DNA of 21,052 nucleotides from a bacterium (GCA_046757165.1 JBHHXT010000072.1:1-21052), one strand, 5' to 3'. Positions 1 to 8,848 are shown, counted from the first letter of the stretch. Notes: generated by a model from the sequence alone, not told the origin. A program made the numbers and translations.

Positions 1-35
1 TCGCACAATTGCTACTATTTTGTGCTAAATCTGAC

Positions 36-51
36 CTTTTTCGACAGTCTC
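36..51. repeat. Possible right terminal inverted repeat of an IS/MITE (CTTTTTCGACAGTCTC)
   Basis: 13/16 identical to the right arm CTTTTTGGACAGCCCC of the inverted-repeat element at 18480-18495. A left end, if any, would lie outside the window. Confidence 0.35.
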
Positions 52-95
52 AACAGGTGTTTAGACTGTAGGCTATTAGACGCTTGGCGCCAGAC

Positions 96-115
96 ATCGA
101 CAAATTATTGTCGAT
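96..115. repeat. Palindrome/hairpin ATCGACAA-ATTA-TTGTCGAT
   Basis: Perfect 8-bp stem with a 4-nt loop. Confidence 0.7.
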
Positions 116-150
116 AATTTTTTTTGGGTCAATCGTTTGCTGAGAAAACC

Positions 151-254
151 GTCATTTTGAGCTTCGCTCGTCATTTGCTGTCATTTGACGGCGTAGGGCA
201 AATGACGGCGCGAAGCGCTAAATGACTTTTTTCGCAGCGAAGTCTGCGAAAAAA
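151..254. repeat. Two abutting REP-like hairpins
   Basis: 151-226: GTCATTT/AAATGAC, GCTTCGC/GCGAAGC and CGTCATTTGC/GCAAATGACG pair in nested order. 227-254: TTTTTTCGCAG-CGAAGT-CTGCGAAAAAA, a perfect 11-bp stem. Confidence 0.7.
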
Positions 255-501
255 TCTAGACTGTTAGGTTTTGCGCTATGCTCTAAACTAATCAACGCCC
301 CTAAAACCTTTATCCGTTTGACTGGCATTCTTCCTACAGCCTAAAAGTCTACAGCCTATCTACCTGAGTACTATTACTGAGTTATGATTTCACGAGTATC
401 TTGCCACGATGACCGTGCACAGGAGTCTTGGCTAATAATAGGATTGTCACGCTATAAAATCAACCGAAAAGCTTGCCTGAACCCTTTGTAAGCCCCCAAA
501 A

Positions 502-523
502 GTCTTGATTCATGAATCAAGAC
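502..523. promoter_or_regulatory. 22-bp perfect palindrome GTCTTGATTCATGAATCAAGAC, candidate operator (copy 1)
   Basis: Exact dyad symmetry with no spacer. Intergenic, upstream of the response regulator, and repeated at 9985-10006. The operator role is inferred. Confidence 0.65.
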
Positions 524-701
524 AGCCATCCCGTCCATCTGCGTGACTCTGGACAAGCAAAAGGTGAATAATGCGGAATTTCCCCTGTATACTTTTTGCG
601 CGTTCGTAACAGGCGTGTCGTTCTCATTGCTGCGTCATCCTCTCTCGGAGGTGCGTCAATCAACAAGAAGACAAATCATGAACCTAATATGGCCTAGTGA
701 T

Positions 702-1106
702 ATGAAGCGTGCAAATCTCCTTATCGTCGAAGATGATAAGAATACGTTATACGGCCTGGTTGAGATACTCAGGCTCGAGGGGTATGAGGTGACCGGCGTT
801 GAGAACGGCAGGAACGCCCTGCGGGTGCTGAGACCGCGCCGGTTTGATGTGATGTTGACCGATTTGAAGCTGCCTGATATAAGCGGTCTGGAGCTGCACA
901 AGCAGGCAAGAACGCTTTGTCCCAACATGCAGACGGTTATCATGACCGCCTACAGCTCGACGCGAGAAGCGTTGCAGGCCAGACAACATGGCGTTTATGA
1001 GCTGCTGACGAAGCCTCTGAATATGGAGCTTTTGTTTGCAACATTGCTGGCAGCGGCAAAGCCTTTCCATACAGCGCATTCGTTACAGTTACCTGCACTT
1101 CCGTGA
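702..1106 (+). CDS. Single-domain response regulator (receiver domain, no output domain)
   Basis: CheY-like motifs are intact: LLIVEDD acidic pocket, DVMLTDLKLPDISG phospho-acceptor Asp, VIMTAY, and LTKP Lys. Start is ATG 702 or ATG 678; the GTG 543 extension looks non-coding. Confidence 0.88.
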   Translation: MKRANLLIVEDDKNTLYGLVEILRLEGYEVTGVENGRNALRVLRPRRFDVMLTDLKLPDISGLELHKQARTLCPNMQTVIMTAYSSTREALQARQHGVYELLTKPLNMELLFATLLAAAKPFHTAHSLQLPALP

Positions 1107-1300
1107 ATCGGGAGCCTCAATCCACCCGACATGTACTAAGCGAGGTGCGATCAAACTCGATTCAATGTGAAATGAAAGCCAAATGAAAGGAGGTGGGAAT
1201 CCGTTGGACTATCCATTGGCAGCAAGTCCGCTGACTTGTTGTGTTGGTCTGATGAAGAAGTCTTGAATGTTTTGCTTCACTAACGAGAGGAGGTGTCTCT

Positions 1301-1978
1301 ATGAAGATTCAAACCGCGTCAGTTTTGGCGGCGATACTTTGGTGCATCGCAGGGCTTATGGGATGTACTGATGTGTCGTCATCAGGACCGACACCCCCGG
1401 AGTTCAATTCGGAGTTTCGTTTCCTGAATGCCGCTTCTGAGCTGGGAGATGTCAGTATCACGCTGGATTTGGGGCCGAATATCAGCAATATCGGGTTCGG
1501 TGCAGCAAGTTCTCACCAGACCTACCCCTCTGGCAACCGGGTGGCGACGTTGAGCAATGGCGACACGCTGCGCATCGCCATGACAAGCGATCAGCGAGCA
1601 ACTGTCGTCATTTTGCCGATGACAAGCGAGACTCGCGAGTTTGTCAAGTTAGTTGAACGGCGCGTTTTTGACCCGCCAACGACGTCGACGGGTAGGCTGC
1701 GTCTGGTGCACGCGGGTGTGGCCGGCAGCGATGCCGGTGCAAGCGTGGACATCACCGTCGCTGGTCCGGATACGGTCAGCATTTCTGCGCTGGCATTCAG
1801 GGGGGACAGTGGTTATTTCAGCTTGACGCCTGGCAGCTACACCATCAGTGCTGTTGAGGCAGGCGGCGACGGGACGGTTATCGCCACGACCAGCGTCGAG
1901 GTCGGCAATGCGCGCGCGACCAGCGCTCTAACCGGTGATATGTCGTCATTGTCGTTCAGCAACCTTACAGATAACTAA
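1301..1978 (+). CDS. DUF4397-like domain lipoprotein
   Basis: SD AGGAGGTG upstream. Signal peptide with lipobox LMGC. Two internal repeats begin FRFLNAASELGDVSI and LRLVHAGVAG...VDITV, and the SGYFSLTPGSYTI motif is typical of DUF4397. Confidence 0.8.
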   Translation: MKIQTASVLAAILWCIAGLMGCTDVSSSGPTPPEFNSEFRFLNAASELGDVSITLDLGPNISNIGFGAASSHQTYPSGNRVATLSNGDTLRIAMTSDQRATVVILPMTSETREFVKLVERRVFDPPTTSTGRLRLVHAGVAGSDAGASVDITVAGPDTVSISALAFRGDSGYFSLTPGSYTISAVEAGGDGTVIATTSVEVGNARATSALTGDMSSLSFSNLTDN

Positions 1979-2039
1979 CGAATCGATGATTCACCAGAAT
2001 CTCGACAATCAAAGAACACAGGTTCAAAAGGAGGTAAGA

Positions 2040-5000
2040 ATGATTCGTAGATCATTTATGACCTTGTTCGCCGTGCTATTTTTGTCCTCCCTTGGTTTTT
2101 CACAAACGGGGAAGGTTTCCGGGAAAGTCGTAGACCGTGAAACAGGCGATGCGTTGCCCGGTGCCAACGTGGTCATTGTCGGAACGACCTTTGGTGCGGC
2201 CACCGATGTGACCGGTGAGTTCGTCATCCTCTCGGTGCCGACCGGAGTCTATACCTTGAGGTCATCATTTATTGGCTATCGCGACATCACCATCGAGTAT
2301 GTCAGGGTCAATTCTGGCTTGACCACCAGTCTGGAGTTCGCGTTGCCGAGCGAGGCCCTGGAGGTGAGCGAGATCAGCATCGTGGCTGAACGCCCGTTGG
2401 TGAACAAGAATTCCACCAACGCGGTTCGCATCCAGGGATATGATGACATGAAGAATTTGCCCATCCGTGGTGTGACCGCTGCCGTGGCGTTGCAGCCAGG
2501 CATTGTACAGTACAACGGCGAGCTTTACATCCGTGGGGGGCGCGAGAACGATGTCGGCTACTTTCTGGAAGGCGCCAATATTCGCGACCGCGATGGCGGC
2601 TCACAAGTTGCCCTGGGGGGAGCAAATCCGGTTGGTGTGATTCCCGAGGCACTGGAAGAATTTCAGATCCAGGCTGGCGGGTATACGGCTGAATTTGGCG
2701 GCGCCAACGCCGGCATTATTCGGCAGACGTTGAAAACCGGTGGCTCAGACTATAACTTTACGTTCCAGTTCGAGACCGATGACTTTACCAACGCCGGGGA
2801 GACGTTCTTCGACACATTTTCCTATGGGTACCGCGACCTGACGGCCACCCTCGGCGGTCCTGTTCCCGGGACGAACGATAGGCTTCGTTTCTTTGTCGCC
2901 GGTGAAAGAAGATTGACGACTGACTATATCCAACGCTTCAATCGTGGTTTCAACTTTCAGCATGTTGACGAGACCGAATTCAACGCCTTGAGCCAGGATG
3001 AGCAGCTGGCCTCCATCGCTCAGGGACGGTTCCCGATCATCCTGGAGGTGAGTCGAGATGCTGATCTGGAAGCCAGTCTGCAAAAACAGGGTCTGGTTTA
3101 CCTGGATGGCAACACCCCGAACGCCGATCGCGAAGAATGGGTGGGCAACGGCACGCTGGTGTTCGATGCCAATCCCCTCATTTTTCGTCTGGGGGGTTCC
3201 TTCAACTGGCGCCGGCAGGACGAGGTGATTGGCAACATTCCCAGCATGATCTTCAACAATCGCATCGAACAGGAAGAATTCAGCTCCGCGCTCATCAACC
3301 TGAAGGCCACCCATCTGCTGGGGGCGAAGTCATTCTATGAGCTCAACTTGAGCTACTTTGACCGTCGTGAGCACCAGTACGATCCCATCATGAGGGACAA
3401 CTTCTGGGCGCTGTGGGATAGTACGGCCAATGCGGCCCGGGGGGTGCAATTCTTCAACATCGACCAGCCCTGGCGCGGCGGCACACAGGTGATGGAAGTC
3501 TATGGGTTTGATTTTGAAGCACCTGGCTCACCGATCCAATCCAACACGGTCAAGACCAAGCGCAACTATTTTGGCGGAAGCTTCAATTTCACCACGCAGT
3601 TGCCGCAGCACGAGCTGAAGATCGGGGTGTCCTACGAGCGGTGGACGGTGCGAAACTTTTCCATCACCGCGCAGACAGCGCTAAACTTCTTACGCGGTGC
3701 ACGCCAGAATCCGGACATCCTGCGACAGGCCCTGGCCGGTGACCGCAGCGACCCGCAGGTCCTGGCTGCGCAGCGTAATCTCGGCGCCCTTGCTCGCGGC
3801 GTCTCGTTCAACTATGGCTACGACGTCTTCGGCAACGAGATCGATGTGGATGGCGTTGATGGCCCGAGACATCCGAAGTATTTTTCAGCCTACATTCAGG
3901 ATAAGTTCGAGGCCAGCGACCTGGTGATCAATGCTGGCGTGCGCCTGGATGTTATCGACAACGATGATTTCACCTTCAGCGATACATCCAATCCGCCGTG
4001 GGATCAGGCGAACTTCGGCCTGATTCAAGACCAGTTGCGGAAGGTCGATGCGCAGGTTGAAGTGAGCCCGCGTCTGGGGATTGCTTTCCCGGTGACCGAC
4101 CGCACGGTATTCCACCTGCAGTATGGGCGGTTTGTGCAAGCGCCACGCTTGACAGATATCTACAATGGCTCGAAGTGGTTCGATGACATCTTCACGGCCG
4201 GCAACACTTTCCAGTCCAATCTCGTCGGCCTGGGATTGAAGCCCGAGATTACCACGCAGTACGAGATCGGCTTCAACCAGCAGTTTTCGGACAACGCTGC
4301 CTTTGACGTGACCACGTTCTACAAGAACATCAAGGACCAGATTCAAGTGACGCGAATCACCACCATCGCTGCCACTGCGGCGGGTGATTACAATGTGCTG
4401 GCGAATCTGGATTTTGCCACCACGGCCGGGGTTGAGCTGTCGTTAACGTTGCGACGGACGAGCCGGGTGGCCGCACAGGTCAACTACACCTTCTCCAGAG
4501 CGCTGGGAACGGGGTCTGTTGCGAATTCGGCTATCTCAGGCATCGAGCAGCAGTCGGAGGTCCCGACGGCCATTTCGCCGCTGGATTTCCATCGGGCGCA
4601 GACCGGCTCGTTCAACCTCGACTATCGTTATGGTCGCGGGGATGGCGGCGCGATCCTCGAGCAACTGGGGGCCAACCTGCTGTTCACCTTTCAAAGCGGT
4701 CATCCGTACACCTTCGCGCGTGGGGATTTCGGCCAGCAAGATGAGTCTCTTGGGGGTCAAATCACGGACCCGCGTTCCAGGTTCCCGTTGGAGAACGTCA
4801 ATGCCTCCACCACGCCGTGGAATTTCCAAATCGACTTGCGCGTGGACAAAACGATCGACTTTGGCAAGTTCAACACGAACTTCTACGTTTATGTTCAGAA
4901 TATCACCAATCGCGAGAACGTCATCAACGTCTTCCAGCGCACGGGCAATGCTTTCGACGATGCGTTTCTGTCGGATGACCAGTTGAGCAACTCCGTGCTG

Positions 5001-5186
5001 ACTCGCCGGAACGAGGTCAACCCCGGTTTCGGTGCTGCTGCCTATGAGGCGTTGTATCGCGCTATCAACCTCGGGGGCAATGCGATCAACTTCCGGTCGG
5101 ATCTGACCGGGCCGCAGAATTTCAACGGCCTCGAGGTGCTCGGCGTGCCGCGGCAAATTCGCGTGGGGGCCCGCTTTGAATTCTAA
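2040..5186 (+). CDS. TonB-dependent receptor with N-terminal carboxypeptidase-regulatory-like domain (1048 aa)
   Basis: SD AAGGAGGT 2028-2035 supports ATG 2040. Signal peptide, then GKVSGKVVDRETGDALPGANV (CarboxypepD_reg-like). Plug motifs YIRGGR and GGYTAEFG. Barrel motifs SPRLGIAFP and LKPEITTQYEIG. C-terminal Phe (GARFEF). Confidence 0.93.
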   Translation: MIRRSFMTLFAVLFLSSLGFSQTGKVSGKVVDRETGDALPGANVVIVGTTFGAATDVTGEFVILSVPTGVYTLRSSFIGYRDITIEYVRVNSGLTTSLEFALPSEALEVSEISIVAERPLVNKNSTNAVRIQGYDDMKNLPIRGVTAAVALQPGIVQYNGELYIRGGRENDVGYFLEGANIRDRDGGSQVALGGANPVGVIPEALEEFQIQAGGYTAEFGGANAGIIRQTLKTGGSDYNFTFQFETDDFTNAGETFFDTFSYGYRDLTATLGGPVPGTNDRLRFFVAGERRLTTDYIQRFNRGFNFQHVDETEFNALSQDEQLASIAQGRFPIILEVSRDADLEASLQKQGLVYLDGNTPNADREEWVGNGTLVFDANPLIFRLGGSFNWRRQDEVIGNIPSMIFNNRIEQEEFSSALINLKATHLLGAKSFYELNLSYFDRREHQYDPIMRDNFWALWDSTANAARGVQFFNIDQPWRGGTQVMEVYGFDFEAPGSPIQSNTVKTKRNYFGGSFNFTTQLPQHELKIGVSYERWTVRNFSITAQTALNFLRGARQNPDILRQALAGDRSDPQVLAAQRNLGALARGVSFNYGYDVFGNEIDVDGVDGPRHPKYFSAYIQDKFEASDLVINAGVRLDVIDNDDFTFSDTSNPPWDQANFGLIQDQLRKVDAQVEVSPRLGIAFPVTDRTVFHLQYGRFVQAPRLTDIYNGSKWFDDIFTAGNTFQSNLVGLGLKPEITTQYEIGFNQQFSDNAAFDVTTFYKNIKDQIQVTRITTIAATAAGDYNVLANLDFATTAGVELSLTLRRTSRVAAQVNYTFSRALGTGSVANSAISGIEQQSEVPTAISPLDFHRAQTGSFNLDYRYGRGDGGAILEQLGANLLFTFQSGHPYTFARGDFGQQDESLGGQITDPRSRFPLENVNASTTPWNFQIDLRVDKTIDFGKFNTNFYVYVQNITNRENVINVFQRTGNAFDDAFLSDDQLSNSVLTRRNEVNPGFGAAAYEALYRAINLGGNAINFRSDLTGPQNFNGLEVLGVPRQIRVGARFEF

Positions 5187-5220
5187 GCAACCGTGTTTCG
5201 GCCTGATCCGGGGCCAGGTT

Positions 5221-5248
5221 CTGGCCGGCGGCTTCGGCCGCTGGCCGG
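5221..5248 (+). other. Intercistronic GC-rich hairpin with C(UUCG)G tetraloop
   Basis: CTGGCCGGCGGC-TTCG-GCCGCTGGCCGG (12 bp including G-U pairs) between the TBDR and cargo genes. Only a weak TCTCTTT tail follows. Confidence 0.6.
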
Positions 5249-5328
5249 TCTCTTTGATTCGTGACCGGCGGGCCGGGGACGGCGTTCTCACTCAATGGGC
5301 TAAATGTTAAATTGGAGGTAAAGGACAA

Positions 5329-8300
5329 ATGAAAAGAATTCGCACACTTCACCCTTTGTTTCTGATGTGTCTTCTCCTGTTTGGCGTCACGGCGTCATTT
5401 GCCACAGGGAAGGATGGGGCGAAGGACAATGTACTCGATGCCGTGATTACGCAGAACACGGCCAACCGTACGCTGGTCAACGTTGGCCAGGTGGCGATGT
5501 GGATTTATGCCAGCGGCCAATCTTCCATTACCCCGCAGGGGGGCTCAGGCTTGTTTTTCCCGCGGGGCAGCAATCCGACAACCTCCGCCATTTTCCAGGA
5601 TGGCCTGGTGTGGGGCGGGCAGGTCAGTGACGGTCAGGAACCGGTCATCCGGGTCGGCGGCGCACAGTACAACGTCGGCCATGTTCCCGGACGAATTCTG
5701 TCGCAAGGGGTGGCCGAAGACCGCACCGACCCGAGCGTGAACCGCATCTGGCGTGTCCGGCGGGATTTTCTGATCGCTGATTTGCGTCAGGACGCGGCGG
5801 AGGTCAACAACGTCAGGGCGGCTCAGGTATCGGAGGCTCAAATCGAGCAACTGCGGGACACCTACCGGCAGGACTGGATCGATTGGCCGGCCGCCAGCGG
5901 GGCGCCGTTTTATGATGCAGACGGCGATGGTCAGTACACGCCCGCGTTCAACAGCGATGGCACGCCCAGGCTAGCCCCCCGGGGCGATCAGGAGTATGAC
6001 CCGGAGGTGCACGCTGACGAGCCTGGTATCGCGGATGCGGACCAGGTGGTATGGCTGGTGTCCAACGACCTGGACCGGGCGACGTTGAGCAACTTTTCAG
6101 GGGCGCCGCCCATCGGCATCGAGCAGCAGATTACCCTCTGGGCCTATGCTCGTGCCGATGCGCTCGGACAAATCATTTTCAAGCAATTCCGTCTGATCTA
6201 CAAAGGGGACACCAACACCCCGTCAACGGCAAGAGTGGACAGCATGTACATTTGCCAGTGGTCCGACCCTGACGTCGGCAGCTCTGGCGACGACCTGGCC
6301 GGCTCCGATACGACGTTGAGTCTTGGCTATGCCTACAATTCCAACGCTCAGGATGCCGTTTATGCGTCGGCCGGTCTGCCGCCGCCGGCGTCTGGCTATG
6401 ACTTTTTTGCCGGTCCTCTGGTGAGAGATGCGGATGGCGAGGCCATTTTCGGGCTGGAAAAACGTCCTGGCTGGCGCAATCTGCCCATGACGACCTTTGC
6501 GTCCTTCTCGGCCGGCAGCCAGGCTTCTGACCCGGCTCCGCTCGGGACGTTCAATGTGACCCTGCAGTGGTTCAACCTGCTGCGGGGCTTCCTGCCGCGT
6601 CCGGAGTCGCCGGCGACGCCGTTTATCGACCCGACGACCGGTCTGGCGACCAAGTTCACGCTCTCCGGCGATCCGATTGCGAACACAGGCTGGGTGGACC
6701 AGGGTTCGGGCGACCGTCGAATCCTGCTCTCCTCCGGGCCGTTTACCATGGCCTTAGGCGATACGCAAGAGACAGTCGTTGCGACGCTCGCCGCTATCGC
6801 CACGGACCGGCTTTCGAGTGTGGCGCTGTTGAAGTTTGTGGACCGGTTTGCCCAGGAAGCCTTTGACAACCTGTTCGAGCTGCCGAAACCGCCGGCCACG
6901 CCAGTTGCGTTTGCCAGCGAGCTCGATGGCCAGATTATTCTGAACTGGGGTGGTGATGAGACCGCCGTCAGCGCAACGGAGGGGCATAATGACAAAGGCC
7001 ATCTGTTCGAAGGCTACGATATCTACCAACTCCCTTCTGCCGGCGCCACAGCCGACCAGGGCGTGAGAATCAGGACCTTTGATGTTGTCAACGATTTCAC
7101 CACGATTTCGCAGGAGGCCTTTGATATTCCGTCAGGTCTGGTTTTGAGCCTGCCGGTGCAATTTGGCAGCAACAGCGGAATTCAGCGTACGACGGTGCTT
7201 TCAGCGGACAAGATCCGCGGGTTGAAGTTGGTCAACGGCCAGACCTACTTTTTTGGCGTTTCTGCCTACAGCAACAACCCGGATCCGAGCGCGACCATCA
7301 AGTCGCTCGAGAGTACCATGGCCGTCGTCACGGTTGTGCCGCAGACCAGCAAGCCGGGCGTGCGGTTGCAAGCCGCCTTCGGCGATACGGTCTCGACCAT
7401 CGAGCACGTCAATCTTGCTGGCGGGCCTCTGAGTGATGGCAAAGTGCTGCCCATCGTGAGTGATCCAACTGCGATTACGGGGGACGATTACTCTGTGAGC
7501 TTCAGAGAGGTGATTGCAGACATCGACCTCTCTGATCCCGAACACCCGGATACGACCACTCAGATCGTCTGGGATCTGGTGAACCTCACAACCGGAGACA
7601 CGGTGTTGGCGGCGCAAGCGAACCAGAGCGGCGATGAAACCTACCTGACCGCGGACGGGTTGCAGGTCAAAGTTCTTGGCGCGCCTCTGGCCATTGCGTC
7701 GGCGCCTGGCTCCCAGGCGGACGGCCTTGTCGAAGTGGCGGCGGACGGTCAGCCCTTGCCCGAGTCGGCCTGGGATGGAGCCGGAACGCCGTTCGGTGGC
7801 AATAAGGTGTGGCATAGTCTCAATGCCGGTGGGTTTTCCGACCGCTACTACGTGAGCGCCGGCGGAGGGACCGGACAGCTTTCCCGTCTGGCAAGAAGCG
7901 TTCAAAACCTCGTTCCATTTGACCTTGAAATGCGCTTCACCACACCGGAGGAGGGCAGCCTCGGTTGGTGGGCATTTACCAATGGCGCCGTCTCAGCAGT
8001 TCCCTTCCAGCTCTGGCGCACGGGCATCGGAACGCCGGATGATCCGAGTGATGACATCCGGTTGCTGCCCCTGATTTTCAGCTCCGGCACCGACGACGCC
8101 TGGGATATTACGTATCCCGATCCCTGGCAGAGCGGCGCCTTTCTCTGTACTGACTGGACCTATTGGTATTTCGATGCGCGCGGCTACGACGCCTTCGCTG
8201 CAGACGCGGCTGACGGCATCGTGGATGATGGCTCATTTGGCACGGTCGAATACATCGCACGCATGACCGTTTGCGACTTCGACGCCAACGGCCAGGTGGC

Positions 8301-8739
8301 CGGGCCCGGGTATGTGATTCGAATCAACACGACCAAACCCAATTCTCTTGATGACAAATTCACCTTCTCGACCCGGCAGTATGTCAAGACCGAATCGCAG
8401 TCTGTGGCGAAACAAGACGTGAGCGAGTTGGTGAACGTTTTCCCGAATCCGTACCTGGGGGTCAACCGTTTCGAACAGAACCGGTTCAACCGGCGGGTGA
8501 CGTTCAGTCATCTGCCTGCGCGCGCCACGATCCGCATATTTAACTTGGCTGGAATTCTGGTCAGGACGCTGCGCAAGGACGATGCAGCGCAGTTCATGGA
8601 CTGGAATCTGGTGAACGAGAGTGGCTTGCCGGTAGCAAGCGGACTCTACATTGCGCACATCGAGATGCCTGACCTCAAGGCGTCGAAAAACCTGAAGCTT
8701 GCTATCATTCAAGAACAGCAGTTCCTGAGAAGATTCTAA
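5329..8739 (+). CDS. Large secreted protein with T9SS type-A (FlgD Ig-like) C-terminal sorting domain
   Basis: SD GGAGGT and a Sec signal peptide. DADGDG Ca-binding-like motif. FN3-like segment (PKPPATP...IILNW...FEGYDIY...NGQTYFFGVSAY). C-terminus VNVFPNPY...TIRIFNLAGILVRTL...WNLVNESGLPVASGLYI matches the type-A CTD pattern. Confidence 0.85.
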   Translation: MKRIRTLHPLFLMCLLLFGVTASFATGKDGAKDNVLDAVITQNTANRTLVNVGQVAMWIYASGQSSITPQGGSGLFFPRGSNPTTSAIFQDGLVWGGQVSDGQEPVIRVGGAQYNVGHVPGRILSQGVAEDRTDPSVNRIWRVRRDFLIADLRQDAAEVNNVRAAQVSEAQIEQLRDTYRQDWIDWPAASGAPFYDADGDGQYTPAFNSDGTPRLAPRGDQEYDPEVHADEPGIADADQVVWLVSNDLDRATLSNFSGAPPIGIEQQITLWAYARADALGQIIFKQFRLIYKGDTNTPSTARVDSMYICQWSDPDVGSSGDDLAGSDTTLSLGYAYNSNAQDAVYASAGLPPPASGYDFFAGPLVRDADGEAIFGLEKRPGWRNLPMTTFASFSAGSQASDPAPLGTFNVTLQWFNLLRGFLPRPESPATPFIDPTTGLATKFTLSGDPIANTGWVDQGSGDRRILLSSGPFTMALGDTQETVVATLAAIATDRLSSVALLKFVDRFAQEAFDNLFELPKPPATPVAFASELDGQIILNWGGDETAVSATEGHNDKGHLFEGYDIYQLPSAGATADQGVRIRTFDVVNDFTTISQEAFDIPSGLVLSLPVQFGSNSGIQRTTVLSADKIRGLKLVNGQTYFFGVSAYSNNPDPSATIKSLESTMAVVTVVPQTSKPGVRLQAAFGDTVSTIEHVNLAGGPLSDGKVLPIVSDPTAITGDDYSVSFREVIADIDLSDPEHPDTTTQIVWDLVNLTTGDTVLAAQANQSGDETYLTADGLQVKVLGAPLAIASAPGSQADGLVEVAADGQPLPESAWDGAGTPFGGNKVWHSLNAGGFSDRYYVSAGGGTGQLSRLARSVQNLVPFDLEMRFTTPEEGSLGWWAFTNGAVSAVPFQLWRTGIGTPDDPSDDIRLLPLIFSSGTDDAWDITYPDPWQSGAFLCTDWTYWYFDARGYDAFAADAADGIVDDGSFGTVEYIARMTVCDFDANGQVAGPGYVIRINTTKPNSLDDKFTFSTRQYVKTESQSVAKQDVSELVNVFPNPYLGVNRFEQNRFNRRVTFSHLPARATIRIFNLAGILVRTLRKDDAAQFMDWNLVNESGLPVASGLYIAHIEMPDLKASKNLKLAIIQEQQFLRRF

Positions 8740-8756
8740 GCAGCCCCCGTACTCTG

Positions 8757-8794
8757 CTAACCGATTCCAGCGCTGAAGCGATGGAATCGGTTAG
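8757..8794 (+). other. Intercistronic hairpin between cargo and PorV-like genes
   Basis: CTAACCGATTCCA (8757-8769) pairs perfectly with TGGAATCGGTTAG (8782-8794), with an inner CGC-TGAA-GCG. No U-tract. Confidence 0.65.
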
Positions 8795-8848
8795 ACTATC
8801 GGGTTGGGAATTCAACGAGTCCAGCAAAGTTACAAGGAGAAAATAAAC

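Larger units (their letters stand above)
62..358. repeat. Degenerate 7-8 nt TAG(A/G)CTG repeat arrays in inverted orientation enclosing several hairpins
   Basis: TAGACTGTAGGCTATTAGAC (62-81) and TAGACTGTTAGGTTTT (257-272) on the + strand. CCTACAGCCTAAAAGTCTACAGCCTA (333-358) is the reverse complement of the same unit. Confidence 0.55.

Noticed and set aside
227..254. Rho-independent terminator
   Set aside because: The T-run precedes the stem on both strands instead of following it.
62..358. CRISPR array
   Set aside because: Repeats are short, degenerate and inverted, with no regular unique spacers and no cas genes.
543..677. N-terminal extension of the response regulator from GTG 543
   Set aside because: No domain-like content, and it covers the probable promoter region just after the palindrome. 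ATG 678 or 702 fits the receiver fold.
1935..2039. Longer TBDR start given by the ORF track
   Set aside because: It overlaps the upstream gene. A strong SD and signal peptide define ATG 2040.
4536..5291. 251-aa minus-strand ORF, and similar ones at 2745-3314, 6396-6995, 7201-7905, 9092-9787 and 17153-18046
   Set aside because: Antisense shadows of well-supported GC-rich + strand genes, with no recognisable motifs.
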